This document shows positions 18,788-27,646 of a stretch of 64,000 nt of DNA, piece after piece. This DNA comes from Euryarchaeota archaeon UBA251. Its GTDB lineage: Archaea; Thermoplasmatota; Poseidoniia; Poseidoniales; Thalassarchaeaceae. The stretch lies in assembly GCA_002497905.1 (NCBI GenBank), contig DAFJ01000073.1, forward strand, positions 3,929 to 67,928. The letters are read 5' to 3'. The notes beneath the pieces were generated by a model. That model saw only the letters and a program-made list of their open reading frames with translations, made no database searches and was not told where the DNA came from. Positions within the stretch are counted from its first letter, which is position 1, and each line of letters starts with the position of its first letter. Position numbers and translations under genes: made by a program.

Positions 18788-20458
18788 TCAAGACATACGT
18801 TCTAATTGCCAGTCAGTAAGATTCTCAAGAATTACTCTAGCCTCGGATTTTTTGAGTTTTGCGAGGTGCACATGGGCGGTAGCATGGTGCTCCATGGCCC
18901 GCGTCCTCCCATAATCGATTGAGCCAACCGATTCCATTTCCTTAATTGCCTTCGAGAGCAAGTCCTTGCCAGATTCCCCCTTTCCAAAGATTGCGTGAAA
19001 TGTAGGGAGAGATGCAGGGTCTTGCCTTAGTGCATGAATCGCCATTAGTGTCCGCTTCCCCTCCAATACGTCACTTCCAGCAGGCTTACCAAGTGTCTCA
19101 GTATCGCCCGTAATGTCGATTATATCGTCCATCAACTGGAAGCAGAGTCCGGTCTCTAGGCCCCACTTTCGACAAGCCTCTTGGATATCGGTAGAAGCAC
19201 CTGCGAGCATAGCTCCAGTCAAAGCACAGGTCTCAAACATGGCTGCTGTCTTTCCACCAATCATCCGAAGATATTCTTCCTCGGATACCAGATCCTCTCG
19301 ATTCTCGAAATCCATGTCCATTTGTTGTCCTTCTGAGACATTTCGTACCATGCGCCCAATTACCCGTACTAGATCTCGCATCATCTCGCCACGTATGTCC
19401 TTGGATTCTGCAATCATTTCGAAGGCGAGAGCAAGCATTGCGTCCCCTGCATTGATTGCCGTAGGCATATCGTAGGCGATATGGACCGCAGGACGCCCTC
19501 GTCGAATAGGGTCATTGTCCATTATATCGTCATGGACGAGTGTGAAGTTGTGGATGATTTCAATGGCGGCTCCAAGGTCGTGATGTCCAGGGTGGTGGTG
19601 CCCTACAGCCTCACCTACAAGGCTTGGAAGAACAGCACGAAGTCGCTTCCCTCCACCCTCGATGAGGTGCATCATAGCGCCTGCGAGACGTGGCTCAGTA
19701 CTCTTTTCGATTGCTCGAGCGATACATTGTTCCGCTGCAACCCGATGCCTCTCCATCATTGAGAGTCCTGCACGATCTGGCCTTTCTTGAATGAATCGAT
19801 GGATTACTCCGTCGACATGTTTCGACATATCGTCTATGTCACCCCACCAATCTTTCAGTAGATTGATTCGAATCAGATCAAACCAAGGCGCTATTACCAA
19901 TTCACCATTGTTGTGGGCCTTGACCATGTCTTCAAGTTCGTCTTGAGTTACCCAACGACATTCATCGATTTCGTTCGGATTAGGATTCGCTTCGACATTT
20001 GCTCGAGTCACGAGAATATGATCGATTTCGTGTTCAACCCAAACCTCGTTCATTCGTGCTTCGTACTCCATGCGTGTAACAAATTGAAGAGATTCCTGAG
20101 GTATATTACCCATGGGAATCCCTAATTCCTGTTCCATCTTTCTTACTGCAGCGTTCCTGACACCTGAGGCATCATCTGTTTCACGCTCTCCGTTGATATC
20201 TAGAGGGTGACTACAGCACGAGTTCGCCCAGACGCCTGGGAAGGTAATTTTGTCACTGGCTCTTTTTTGGAGGAGCAGACGGTTTTGGTCATCAAAAATC
20301 AGAACGGAGAATGCGCGATGACGCAAGCCTGCACCTCGGTGACAATCCAACTTGCTAGCAGATCCGATGGGCATGTCTTCTTCATCTACGAGTATGCACA
20401 TCTCATCCATCATGTCGGCTTGTTCAGGGTCTTCCCCCTCAAGCACGTCACCAGCCAT
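18788..20458 (-). CDS. Fusion protein: type 1 isopentenyl-diphosphate isomerase (N) + geranylgeranyl/polyprenyl diphosphate synthase (C)
   Basis: N-terminal half: HRAFSVLIFDDQNRLLLQKRASDKITFPGVWANSCCSHP and EHEIDHILV (IDI type 1, Nudix fold). C-terminal half: GGKRLRAVL, first Asp-rich motif LVHDDIMDNDPIRRGRP, second motif FQLMDDIIDITGD. Confidence 0.85.
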   Translation of the reverse strand: MAGDVLEGEDPEQADMMDEMCILVDEEDMPIGSASKLDCHRGAGLRHRAFSVLIFDDQNRLLLQKRASDKITFPGVWANSCCSHPLDINGERETDDASGVRNAAVRKMEQELGIPMGNIPQESLQFVTRMEYEARMNEVWVEHEIDHILVTRANVEANPNPNEIDECRWVTQDELEDMVKAHNNGELVIAPWFDLIRINLLKDWWGDIDDMSKHVDGVIHRFIQERPDRAGLSMMERHRVAAEQCIARAIEKSTEPRLAGAMMHLIEGGGKRLRAVLPSLVGEAVGHHHPGHHDLGAAIEIIHNFTLVHDDIMDNDPIRRGRPAVHIAYDMPTAINAGDAMLALAFEMIAESKDIRGEMMRDLVRVIGRMVRNVSEGQQMDMDFENREDLVSEEEYLRMIGGKTAAMFETCALTGAMLAGASTDIQEACRKWGLETGLCFQLMDDIIDITGDTETLGKPAGSDVLEGKRTLMAIHALRQDPASLPTFHAIFGKGESGKDLLSKAIKEMESVGSIDYGRTRAMEHHATAHVHLAKLKKSEARVILENLTDWQLERMS

Positions 20459-20494
20459 TTTGACTCCCTCTTTTCTGTCTGCGTTGTTCCCGGG

Positions 20495-21316
20495 TTATAA
20501 TCGAACGGGAGATTTGAGGATGCGTGTGCCGATTGTGTTCAACCCATTGCATGCATCAACAATACGAGAGGAGTATCGTCCGTCGACAAACCAAACTTGT
20601 GGTACAATTTCTGCGATACTTGCGGCACGCTGGGCCTTGTAGTCGATACCTCCTGTAACATCAATTTCTGATTCATGACGTCCTCCAAAGCCGATAGATG
20701 AATCCCAAGTGTTGAGTAACGTGGCATCAGGGTGGCCGGGCGGATGTGTAAGAATCCCATCACAATCGGCGAGACAGAAAATACAGGATTCGACTCCTTC
20801 CCATTCTGTCGCAATACGGAACATGAGGTCATCTCCAGAAAGAATCCCGAACCCTTTGTCTCTAACATCGACGACATCTCCGTGCGTGATGGTTACAGGA
20901 GTCTTACCAAGGAAGTCGAGATTACCTGTGAATTCAGCACCTGTACCGTGTGCCCATTGGTGCGGGTGATGTGTAATCGCTTTGATTCCATGATCGGACA
21001 AAGCTTCTGTTACTAGTTCGTTGAGTGCCATCATATCTCTTTGGACAGCATAAACGGCCTCTTTCTGGTTTGAAATCCCGTCTTCCTCTCCAAGGTCTGC
21101 ATTGATTTCCCCTTCATTCAATCGCCATCGTTTCGCCTTCGCATGTCCGAAGGAACCGGCCCCGTGGACGAGCGAAATCTGCCAACCTTGGTTAACAAGC
21201 TGGGCAATTGCTTCTGTCGAAATTTGGATTGAATCATAGTCGGGTTCGCAAAGGCCATTTTTCACAGTGATGAGACCTCCGCCAAGCTTGATGACGGCTC
21301 GTCGTCTCTCGACCAT
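20495..21316 (-). CDS. ipk: Isopentenyl phosphate kinase (amino-acid kinase fold)
   Basis: VIKLGGGLITVK and LVHGAGSFGH motifs. About 270 aa. Lies immediately upstream of the idi-GGPPS fusion on the same strand (36-nt gap). Confidence 0.8.
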   Translation of the reverse strand: MVERRRAVIKLGGGLITVKNGLCEPDYDSIQISTEAIAQLVNQGWQISLVHGAGSFGHAKAKRWRLNEGEINADLGEEDGISNQKEAVYAVQRDMMALNELVTEALSDHGIKAITHHPHQWAHGTGAEFTGNLDFLGKTPVTITHGDVVDVRDKGFGILSGDDLMFRIATEWEGVESCIFCLADCDGILTHPPGHPDATLLNTWDSSIGFGGRHESEIDVTGGIDYKAQRAASIAEIVPQVWFVDGRYSSRIVDACNGLNTIGTRILKSPVRL

Positions 21317-21355
21317 AGCCTTCCCAGGGATTTCTCATTGATGATGGTGCGCACA

Positions 21356-21363
21356 CATATTCA
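21356..21363 (+). promoter_or_regulatory. Candidate TATA-like box (CATATTCA) for ORF 21389-21712
   Basis: Centred about 30 nt upstream of ATG 21389. The identical octamer lies at the same distance upstream of the thiolase ATG. Confidence 0.3.
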
Positions 21364-21388
21364 TCCGTTCCACAGTGTTCGGCAGGGC

Positions 21389-21712
21389 ATGGCGCCCACC
21401 ATCGATGAGTTCCGGCGATACCTGCAGGCGCGTAGAAACGATCTCGATGCAATCGTTGATCCCGATGAACGTGAGCGTGTTCGAGTGCGAATAGATGCTG
21501 CACTCCAAGAGGCATTAGACTTCTCGGCAGCAGTAGAAATTAGAGAGGAACTCAAGAGTCGAGTATTCGAAGAAGTTGATTCATCAGCGCGCCTAATTGA
21601 AGCCGCTGAATCGAGACCTATTGAGCGCGTAGACGGTGATGGCTGCTCTAAGTGCGATGCTCCGTTAGAGGCAGACATTGAGTTTTGTCCAGCCTGTGGT
21701 CACAGGCCTTGA
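21389..21712 (+). CDS. Small acidic protein with C-terminal zinc ribbon (hypothetical)
   Basis: C-terminus CSKCDAPLEADIEFCPACGHRP. Start taken at ATG 21389 (MAPTIDEF...) from the promoter spacing. The track start 21338 is a TTG that abuts the ipk start. Confidence 0.45.
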   Translation: MAPTIDEFRRYLQARRNDLDAIVDPDERERVRVRIDAALQEALDFSAAVEIREELKSRVFEEVDSSARLIEAAESRPIERVDGDGCSKCDAPLEADIEFCPACGHRP

Positions 21713-21715
21713 GGG

Positions 21716-22417
21716 TCATTCTTCTTCGTCCCATTGAGCTACGTGGTGAGCTAGGTCATCATGATCTTCTTCGATTCGATCGAGATACTGTGGCGCGACC
21801 TTCTCTGCGAGATATACTGTGGTGCCTGCACGCCAGACTGAGTCGCCGTCTGCAATCATACGAGCAGTATCAATCTCGAGAATAATGGGTCGCTTCAATT
21901 TCTTTCCTCCAAGGCGGCCTGCTTCTACTGCCTTGTCGATTGTTTGTGAGAGGTGGACGTGGCTTCGGTCTCCAGGTAGTAGGCCAATATCCATCAAGAC
22001 CTCAAGCTCGTCGTCCCCACAGGGGAAGTAGAGGGCGTTGGGAATATTGTCGGTAGGTAGGTCAAGTTCAATCTCAACCGTGTGTCCATAGGTTGCTCGA
22101 ACTGTATTGCCACGGACCTCGTATCGTCCCTTCCCATCACACTCGGCTACAGCCTTGATGTGGTGCGGGCGTAACCAGCGGCCAAACCTTCGCTGCTCCT
22201 TGTCACGCAGAGCCTCTACGAATTCACGGATATCTACCCAGCCGTTGATGTCCATTTCAAGGCCGTAACGGTCCGGGTCGTGTCTACATACTCGAGCGAG
22301 CCGCCGACCTAGATTTTCTCTTTCGCCTGTACGCATGATGAATTTCCCTTCGGAATTGCATACGGGGCAGAGGTTGTCGTCAGAGAAGTAGCCGTGGACG
22401 TTGCATTCACGAATCAT
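21716..22417 (-). CDS. kptA: RNA 2'-phosphotransferase (Tpt1/KptA) with N-terminal zinc ribbon
   Basis: LARVCRHDPDRYGLEMDINGWVDI, VRATYGHTV, and SHVHLSQT near the C-terminal half. N-terminal CNVHGYFSDDNLCPVCNSEG. Confidence 0.85.
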   Translation of the reverse strand: MIRECNVHGYFSDDNLCPVCNSEGKFIMRTGERENLGRRLARVCRHDPDRYGLEMDINGWVDIREFVEALRDKEQRRFGRWLRPHHIKAVAECDGKGRYEVRGNTVRATYGHTVEIELDLPTDNIPNALYFPCGDDELEVLMDIGLLPGDRSHVHLSQTIDKAVEAGRLGGKKLKRPIILEIDTARMIADGDSVWRAGTTVYLAEKVAPQYLDRIEEDHDDLAHHVAQWDEEE

Positions 22418-22485
22418 GGGAACGAATCCTGCGAATCCTTGGCCATAGATAAGACGATTGCATCCCTTTGCTTGACTTTATTCGG

Positions 22486-22493
22486 CATATTCA
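22486..22493 (+). promoter_or_regulatory. Candidate TATA-like box (CATATTCA) for thiolase gene
   Basis: Centred about 30 nt upstream of ATG 22519. Confidence 0.3.
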
Positions 22494-22518
22494 TTCGACG
22501 CGGTGTTGCCCCAAGTCC

Positions 22519-23655
22519 ATGGACGCCTACATTTGTGGCTACGTCCGGTCCCCGTTTACTCGCGCACACCGGGGGGCTCTGAAGGACGTCCGTCCAGATG
22601 ATCTTGCAGGGCAGGTTGCTTTTGAATTGTTGAAACGCACAGGCGTGAATCCTATTGATCTCGATGATGTGATGATTGGTTGTGCCTATCCAGAGGGGGA
22701 GCAGGGACTCAATATTGGGAGGATTGTCACACACTACCTCAAAGGGCCACCCAATATTCCTGGAATGACCACAAATCGTCTATGTGGGTCGTCGATGCAG
22801 GTAATGCATAGTGCTGCAGGAATGATCTCACGTGGATGGGGCGATATGTTCCTCTGCGGAGGCGTTGAATCGATGAGCCGTATTCAACGAGGTGGCTTCA
22901 ATCGTTCTCCCTCGCCGTTCCTCGAGGAAATTATGCCTGATGCTTACATCAGTATGGGGCTCACAGCAGAAAATGTCGCAGAACGCTATTCGATTTCTAG
23001 AGTGCGTCAGGAGGAATTTGCTCTCGCTAGTCACCAGAAGGCAATCCTTGCGAAGCAGAAAGGCCTCCTAGACGAAGAAGTCGCTACCGTTTGTTCATCT
23101 GATGTAACCTACGGTGTTGATGTCGATGGTTGTATGCGTGAATCTTCTTTAGAGGCCATGGCAGGACTAAAGCCGGCATTCGCCGAGGAAGGAGTTGTCA
23201 CCGCAGCGACCAGTTCACCTCTAACCGATGGGGCCTCTTTCAGCTTGATTGCCTCACAGGAGGCAATTGATTCGCATGGGCTCAGTCCGATGGCGCGTAT
23301 TGTATCTGCAGCAGTAGCGGGGGTCCATCCTGATGAGATGGGCCTTGGTCCAATTCCAGCAACTCAACTTGCTCTCAGTCGTGCTGGAATTACTGTTAAC
23401 GATCTTGATGTCATTGAATTGAATGAAGCGTTCTCAAGTCAATCAATTGCATGTATTGATGAATTGAATCTACCTGTGGAGAATATCAATTTAGATGGGG
23501 GAGCCATCGCAATTGGTCACCCATTGGGCGCCTCAGGTGCACGTATCATGGGTAAGTCTGCAAGCCTTCTCCAGAGAACCGGTGGCAGATATGCCTTAGC
23601 AACTATGTGTATCGGGGGCGGGATGGGAATTGCTACAATTCTTGAACGCATCTGA
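22519..23655 (+). CDS. Acetyl-CoA C-acetyltransferase (bacterial-type thiolase II)
   Basis: Active-site Cys context NRLCGSSMQVM, NEAFSSQ, GGAIAIGHPLGASGARIM, and C-terminal ATMCIGGGMGIA. Start taken at ATG 22519 (MDAYICGYVRSPF). Confidence 0.9.
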   Translation: MDAYICGYVRSPFTRAHRGALKDVRPDDLAGQVAFELLKRTGVNPIDLDDVMIGCAYPEGEQGLNIGRIVTHYLKGPPNIPGMTTNRLCGSSMQVMHSAAGMISRGWGDMFLCGGVESMSRIQRGGFNRSPSPFLEEIMPDAYISMGLTAENVAERYSISRVRQEEFALASHQKAILAKQKGLLDEEVATVCSSDVTYGVDVDGCMRESSLEAMAGLKPAFAEEGVVTAATSSPLTDGASFSLIASQEAIDSHGLSPMARIVSAAVAGVHPDEMGLGPIPATQLALSRAGITVNDLDVIELNEAFSSQSIACIDELNLPVENINLDGGAIAIGHPLGASGARIMGKSASLLQRTGGRYALATMCIGGGMGIATILERI

Positions 23656-23670
23656 TGTTGCGCAACGCCT

Positions 23671-24696
23671 ATGTGTGCCGCCTCATGTAGGCCACTGATG
23701 TTCAACCGACGTGGTCGAGAAGAGGCGACGAAGAATCTCCAAGTCGATGAGGACGGCGACTGTTCTCGATGTGGGGGGGATGCTCAACCGTCGAGCATTC
23801 AAGGCTACCTTAAGTGCGTTCGATGTGAATACGAATGGCCAGATCCAAACGCTGTATCTTCTGGCCCGAAACGCGAGACAATCCATGATGAGCAGAAGAA
23901 GGTCGAGGAGTTCAAGCAGGAACTTGAGAAGGGAAGTCTTCGCGGTGTCCTTGGTATCGAATCTCAATTGAGCAATGAGCAAGAAGCGACTCTTGGTCGT
24001 TTACAGGATAAATGGATGGATGGACTGGTAGGTACTTTCAACGCGGCTGAAGATGAGCGCAAGCCGCTGATGATTTCCTTCGATGCAGAGGACAACATCG
24101 TCGGAACAGACCTCGCCATCATCTCAGTGCTCGGAAATGAGTTCGATGGTGGCGAGGAAATCCGTATCGAATACCCTGGTCAGGATACCGAGTTCTACAG
24201 CATGGATGCTCGTGACGACAGAGGTTGGCGCGTTGGTCGTACAATCTCCGATACATGTCGAAACATTGCATCCATCATCAATCGCAAATCCACAATCGTT
24301 CATGCAGAGGGTGTTGATGATACAATCGTGTTTGAGCCACGTGATGCCAGTATCAATCCTGGAAGTGTCGTAATCTTCGTGGACGATCCAGGTGGCAAGA
24401 ACATGCTCCTAGAACGGGATGGCCGTGTTATCGATGTAGATGCTATGATGACGATTGAGGACTATCGTGAGATGCTCGGGCTTGTTCTCGATGATGGCGT
24501 CATCACACCCTCAGAAGATGAACTTCTGTGGATTATGAGATCAAATCTTGGTATCACAGACGAGCAGCATATGCAGCTTCTCATCAATCGATTTGGCAAC
24601 GGGGTCATCAAAGAGTGTCCCGCATGCCATGGCATGATTGCCTATCTCCCAGATCACGGTGGATGGTGGTGTGAACCCTGTCAGTCGTGGGTCTAA
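23671..24696 (+). CDS. Hypothetical protein with zinc ribbons at both termini and a TerB/DjlA-like helical segment
   Basis: N-terminal CSRCGG...CVRCEYEW and C-terminal CPACHGMIAYLPDHGGWWCEPCQSW. The segment GVITPSEDELLWIMRSNLGITDEQHMQLL resembles TerB-type repeats. Alternative start ATG 23698. Confidence 0.55.
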   Translation: MCAASCRPLMFNRRGREEATKNLQVDEDGDCSRCGGDAQPSSIQGYLKCVRCEYEWPDPNAVSSGPKRETIHDEQKKVEEFKQELEKGSLRGVLGIESQLSNEQEATLGRLQDKWMDGLVGTFNAAEDERKPLMISFDAEDNIVGTDLAIISVLGNEFDGGEEIRIEYPGQDTEFYSMDARDDRGWRVGRTISDTCRNIASIINRKSTIVHAEGVDDTIVFEPRDASINPGSVVIFVDDPGGKNMLLERDGRVIDVDAMMTIEDYREMLGLVLDDGVITPSEDELLWIMRSNLGITDEQHMQLLINRFGNGVIKECPACHGMIAYLPDHGGWWCEPCQSWV

Positions 24697-24754
24697 TCAC
24701 GTCGCGCTGTTCATATACTGCCACACATAGCCCTCCTTCCAAGGTGATGGATAC

Positions 24755-25783
24755 ATGGCTGGAGACAACGACCTATACATTGGAATCGACCTCGGAACTT
24801 TCCGTTCCGTTTTGACTTCGAGTGCTGGCCATGAGGAACAAGTCCTCACTGTTGTTGGCACCCCTAAGGACCCGATTGCTCGCAACATGTTGGGCAAGGA
24901 TGTTCTCTTTGGTGAAGAGGCACTGAAGAACCGTCTTGCTCTGAACTTGTATCGCCCTCTCGAGCACGGTGTGATCAAGGATACACCTGAGGACAAGAAG
25001 TTCATTGCACATTTCATCAATCACCTGATCAATCTTGGTGACCCCGAAGATTACGACAACGTTGTTGCCGTCATCGGCGCTCCAGCTGAAGCATCATTCA
25101 CTGATCAGACAGCGATTTTCGATGCTGCATCTGGTAGCGTTAACGCCGCCATGATTATCTCTGAGCCTTTCGCAGTTGCTTACGCTCTTGACATGATTGG
25201 CCACACAATCGTCATCGACATAGGTGCTGGAACTTGTGATATCGCTAGAGTATACGGTACTATTCCCGGCCCCGATGACCAGATGCATACTAGTTATGCT
25301 GGCGATCATATCGATAATACACTCATCGCAGAGGTCCAGAAGAAGTACGCTGGCGCACAGGTCACCAAGGACATGGCGCGCCGTTGGAAGCAGCAGTATT
25401 CCTTCGTCCGCACTGCAATGCCCGATGCGCCGATTGTTGTCGACTTTAGTATCGAAGGAAAGGCAATGTCACTAGACATCACCGATTGCATCCAGAGAGC
25501 TTGTGAGTCAATCGTCGATCCGATCGTTGCCAATGTGAAGGCATTGATTTCCTCAAGTAACCCCGAGTTCCACAATGAGTTCCGTAACAACATGGTTCTT
25601 GCTGGGGGTGGATCAGGAATCAAGGGCCTGAACATCATGATTGAAGATCGCCTCGGCGATATCGGTGAATGCACAGTTCAAGTCGTTGATGACCCCGTAA
25701 TGCTCGGTGCTCTCGGCGGACTTCGCCTGTCCATGGAAGTGCCTACAGACATGTGGTCTTCGCTAACCCTAGCCTCTCGATGA
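24755..25783 (+). CDS. Actin-fold ATPase of the MamK / MreB-like family
   Basis: Phosphate-1 LYIGIDLGTFRS, VVGTPKDPIARNMLG, YRPLEHGVIKD, SEPFAVAYAL, phosphate-2 IVIDIGAGTCDI, adenosine motif MVLAGGGSGIKGL. The block order and wording match my recollection of MamK better than MreB or ParM. TCATATAC at 24711-24718 and GGTGAT 6 nt before the ATG. Confidence 0.8.
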   Translation: MAGDNDLYIGIDLGTFRSVLTSSAGHEEQVLTVVGTPKDPIARNMLGKDVLFGEEALKNRLALNLYRPLEHGVIKDTPEDKKFIAHFINHLINLGDPEDYDNVVAVIGAPAEASFTDQTAIFDAASGSVNAAMIISEPFAVAYALDMIGHTIVIDIGAGTCDIARVYGTIPGPDDQMHTSYAGDHIDNTLIAEVQKKYAGAQVTKDMARRWKQQYSFVRTAMPDAPIVVDFSIEGKAMSLDITDCIQRACESIVDPIVANVKALISSSNPEFHNEFRNNMVLAGGGSGIKGLNIMIEDRLGDIGECTVQVVDDPVMLGALGGLRLSMEVPTDMWSSLTLASR

Positions 25784-25787
25784 GCAA

Positions 25788-26378
25788 TTATTCCTGCTCT
25801 TCTTGGTTTCGTGCTGATGGGACTAGAGGCTGTTCGCAGTGTGGACAGACATCGTGAGGTGTCATTTGTTCTACAACGATTGCAAGCAGACTCGTACATG
25901 AGGGGCAACTGGCGATTACCTCATTGGAACGTGCAAGCATGCTCTGAGCTAAACCCGTCGAACCTGATGTGTACCACGAACGGTATCGGGGATCCTCAAT
26001 TCTGCGTGTACGGATGACTCCGAAAATCCCTAGGATGAGAAGTAGAAATCCATCAATGAATATTCCAGAAGACAACCAGAGTGCTCCGAATAGGAAGAGT
26101 ACAGTTGAACTGATTATGTATGACAACTGTCCAATCCTCATTGCAATCATATTTGCTCTCCTTGAGAATAGAAGTGCAGCAACTGCATGGAATGTGGCGA
26201 AGGCGTACCCTAGTATCGTCATCATTTCATGCATTGATCCTAGTACCCAAGCAGAAGTAAAGCCGTTCAATGCAATGAAAAGGGACTGCTGCCGATGGGC
26301 TTTTCTCATCTGTTCGTCCATTGAGCGCAGACCATCCATGTACATCTGAATCGGTGCTGAGACATCAGTATTGGCCAT
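25788..26378 (-). CDS. Four-TM membrane protein with C-terminal zinc ribbon (hypothetical)
   Basis: Hydrophobic helices followed by CPSCTSLLAIVVEQMTPHDVCPHCEQP. Convergent with the actin-like gene (4-nt gap). Confidence 0.55.
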   Translation of the reverse strand: MANTDVSAPIQMYMDGLRSMDEQMRKAHRQQSLFIALNGFTSAWVLGSMHEMMTILGYAFATFHAVAALLFSRRANMIAMRIGQLSYIISSTVLFLFGALWLSSGIFIDGFLLLILGIFGVIRTRRIEDPRYRSWYTSGSTGLAQSMLARSNEVIASCPSCTSLLAIVVEQMTPHDVCPHCEQPLVPSARNQEEQE

Positions 26379-26414
26379 CGACGGTCTATTGAGGGCGGAG
26401 TTATTCCGCTGGTT

Positions 26415-27623
26415 ATGCCTCGCGATGTTGATGTCGTCCAGAAGGGGCTCTCCCTTGAGGGGCGTAAGGTCCTCCTAGGGATTAGTGGTGGCATTGCAGC
26501 AGTCGAGACTGTTCGATTAGCTCGAGAGCTTCGTAGGCATGGAGCCAGCATCCATGTTATCATGACTCGAGCAGCAACCGAGGTAGTTTCACCTCTTGCG
26601 GTTAGGTGGGCAACGCAAGCTAATGTGGATGTAGAGTGGGATGGAGACATGGCCCAACTCGATGGATATGATGGGTTATTGGTCGCTCCTGCTTCGAGGA
26701 ACACTTTGGCTAAACATGTGAACGGTGTAATGGATTCGCCTTTGACGATGGCGATGGCGGCCGCTGCAGGAAATGGAACGCCTACAATGGTAGTTCCTTC
26801 GATGCACAATGATCTCTTTGACGACGCTGTGACTCAGGATTTACTCGATTCTGTAGTTGCGCGCGGGACGAAGGTCTTGGTTTCACCATCAGAGGAGGGT
26901 AGGCGGAAGCAACCTAATCCAGTTAGTATCGTAGCGGAGTTTGCTCACCATCTGAATAGGGGTCCGCATCATCGGAATGTCCTCGTTCTCCTTGGAGGAA
27001 CTGAATCCTCGATTGATGACGTCAGAGTAATCACGAATCGGAGCACTGGTCAAACAGGTTTCGCCATATGTGATGGTTTACATCGTTTAGGTCATCAAGT
27101 AACTATCCTTGCTGGGCGCACTTCTTTCGATATGGATGATTCACGATTCAAAATTGTTCATTCTCCTGATGCTGCTTCGATGAAGTGTTGGGCAAAGGAC
27201 CTAATCGAGAACGACGACCTTGGAATAGATACGGTAATCAGTGCCGCAGCCATATCTGACCATGTGATGGAGGAATCTTTCTCTGGCAAGTTATCCTCGG
27301 ATGATGTGCTGAATCTTCAATTGGTTCCGTTTCCGAAGATTATCGATGGCATGGTATCTTGGTTGGCTAAGAAACGAGGATCTAATGCTGGTCCAGTTGT
27401 TGGTTTCAAACTCTTGTCGGGTAATGATGAAAAGGCACTTATCGAAGCCGCTCGCTCTCAGATTGAACGGAGCGGCGTCTCTGCAGTAGTGGCCAATGAC
27501 CTGTCTTGGGTTGAGGGTGATGGAAGACGTGCTCTCTGGGTCACGAAGGACGAGGTGAGCGAACTCGAAGATATCGAATCTATCGTTGTAGCCATTGATG
27601 GCCTACTTTTGGCGCAGGGTTGA
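26415..27623 (+). CDS. coaBC: Bifunctional phosphopantothenoylcysteine decarboxylase / phosphopantothenate-cysteine ligase
   Basis: N-terminal flavoprotein motif VLLGISGGIAAVETVRLARELRRHGASIHVIMTRAA, PASRNTLAKHVNG, and CoaB motif ITNRSTGQTGFAI. Confidence 0.85.
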   Translation: MPRDVDVVQKGLSLEGRKVLLGISGGIAAVETVRLARELRRHGASIHVIMTRAATEVVSPLAVRWATQANVDVEWDGDMAQLDGYDGLLVAPASRNTLAKHVNGVMDSPLTMAMAAAAGNGTPTMVVPSMHNDLFDDAVTQDLLDSVVARGTKVLVSPSEEGRRKQPNPVSIVAEFAHHLNRGPHHRNVLVLLGGTESSIDDVRVITNRSTGQTGFAICDGLHRLGHQVTILAGRTSFDMDDSRFKIVHSPDAASMKCWAKDLIENDDLGIDTVISAAAISDHVMEESFSGKLSSDDVLNLQLVPFPKIIDGMVSWLAKKRGSNAGPVVGFKLLSGNDEKALIEAARSQIERSGVSAVVANDLSWVEGDGRRALWVTKDEVSELEDIESIVVAIDGLLLAQG

Positions 27624-27646
27624 AGTTCAGCGTCCTAGGCCTCGGA

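Noticed and set aside
26306-26809. 167-aa minus-strand ORF. A 164-aa minus-strand ORF lies at 37926-38420.
   Set aside because: They are antisense to well-supported coaBC and mqnA coding sequence and have no motifs of their own.
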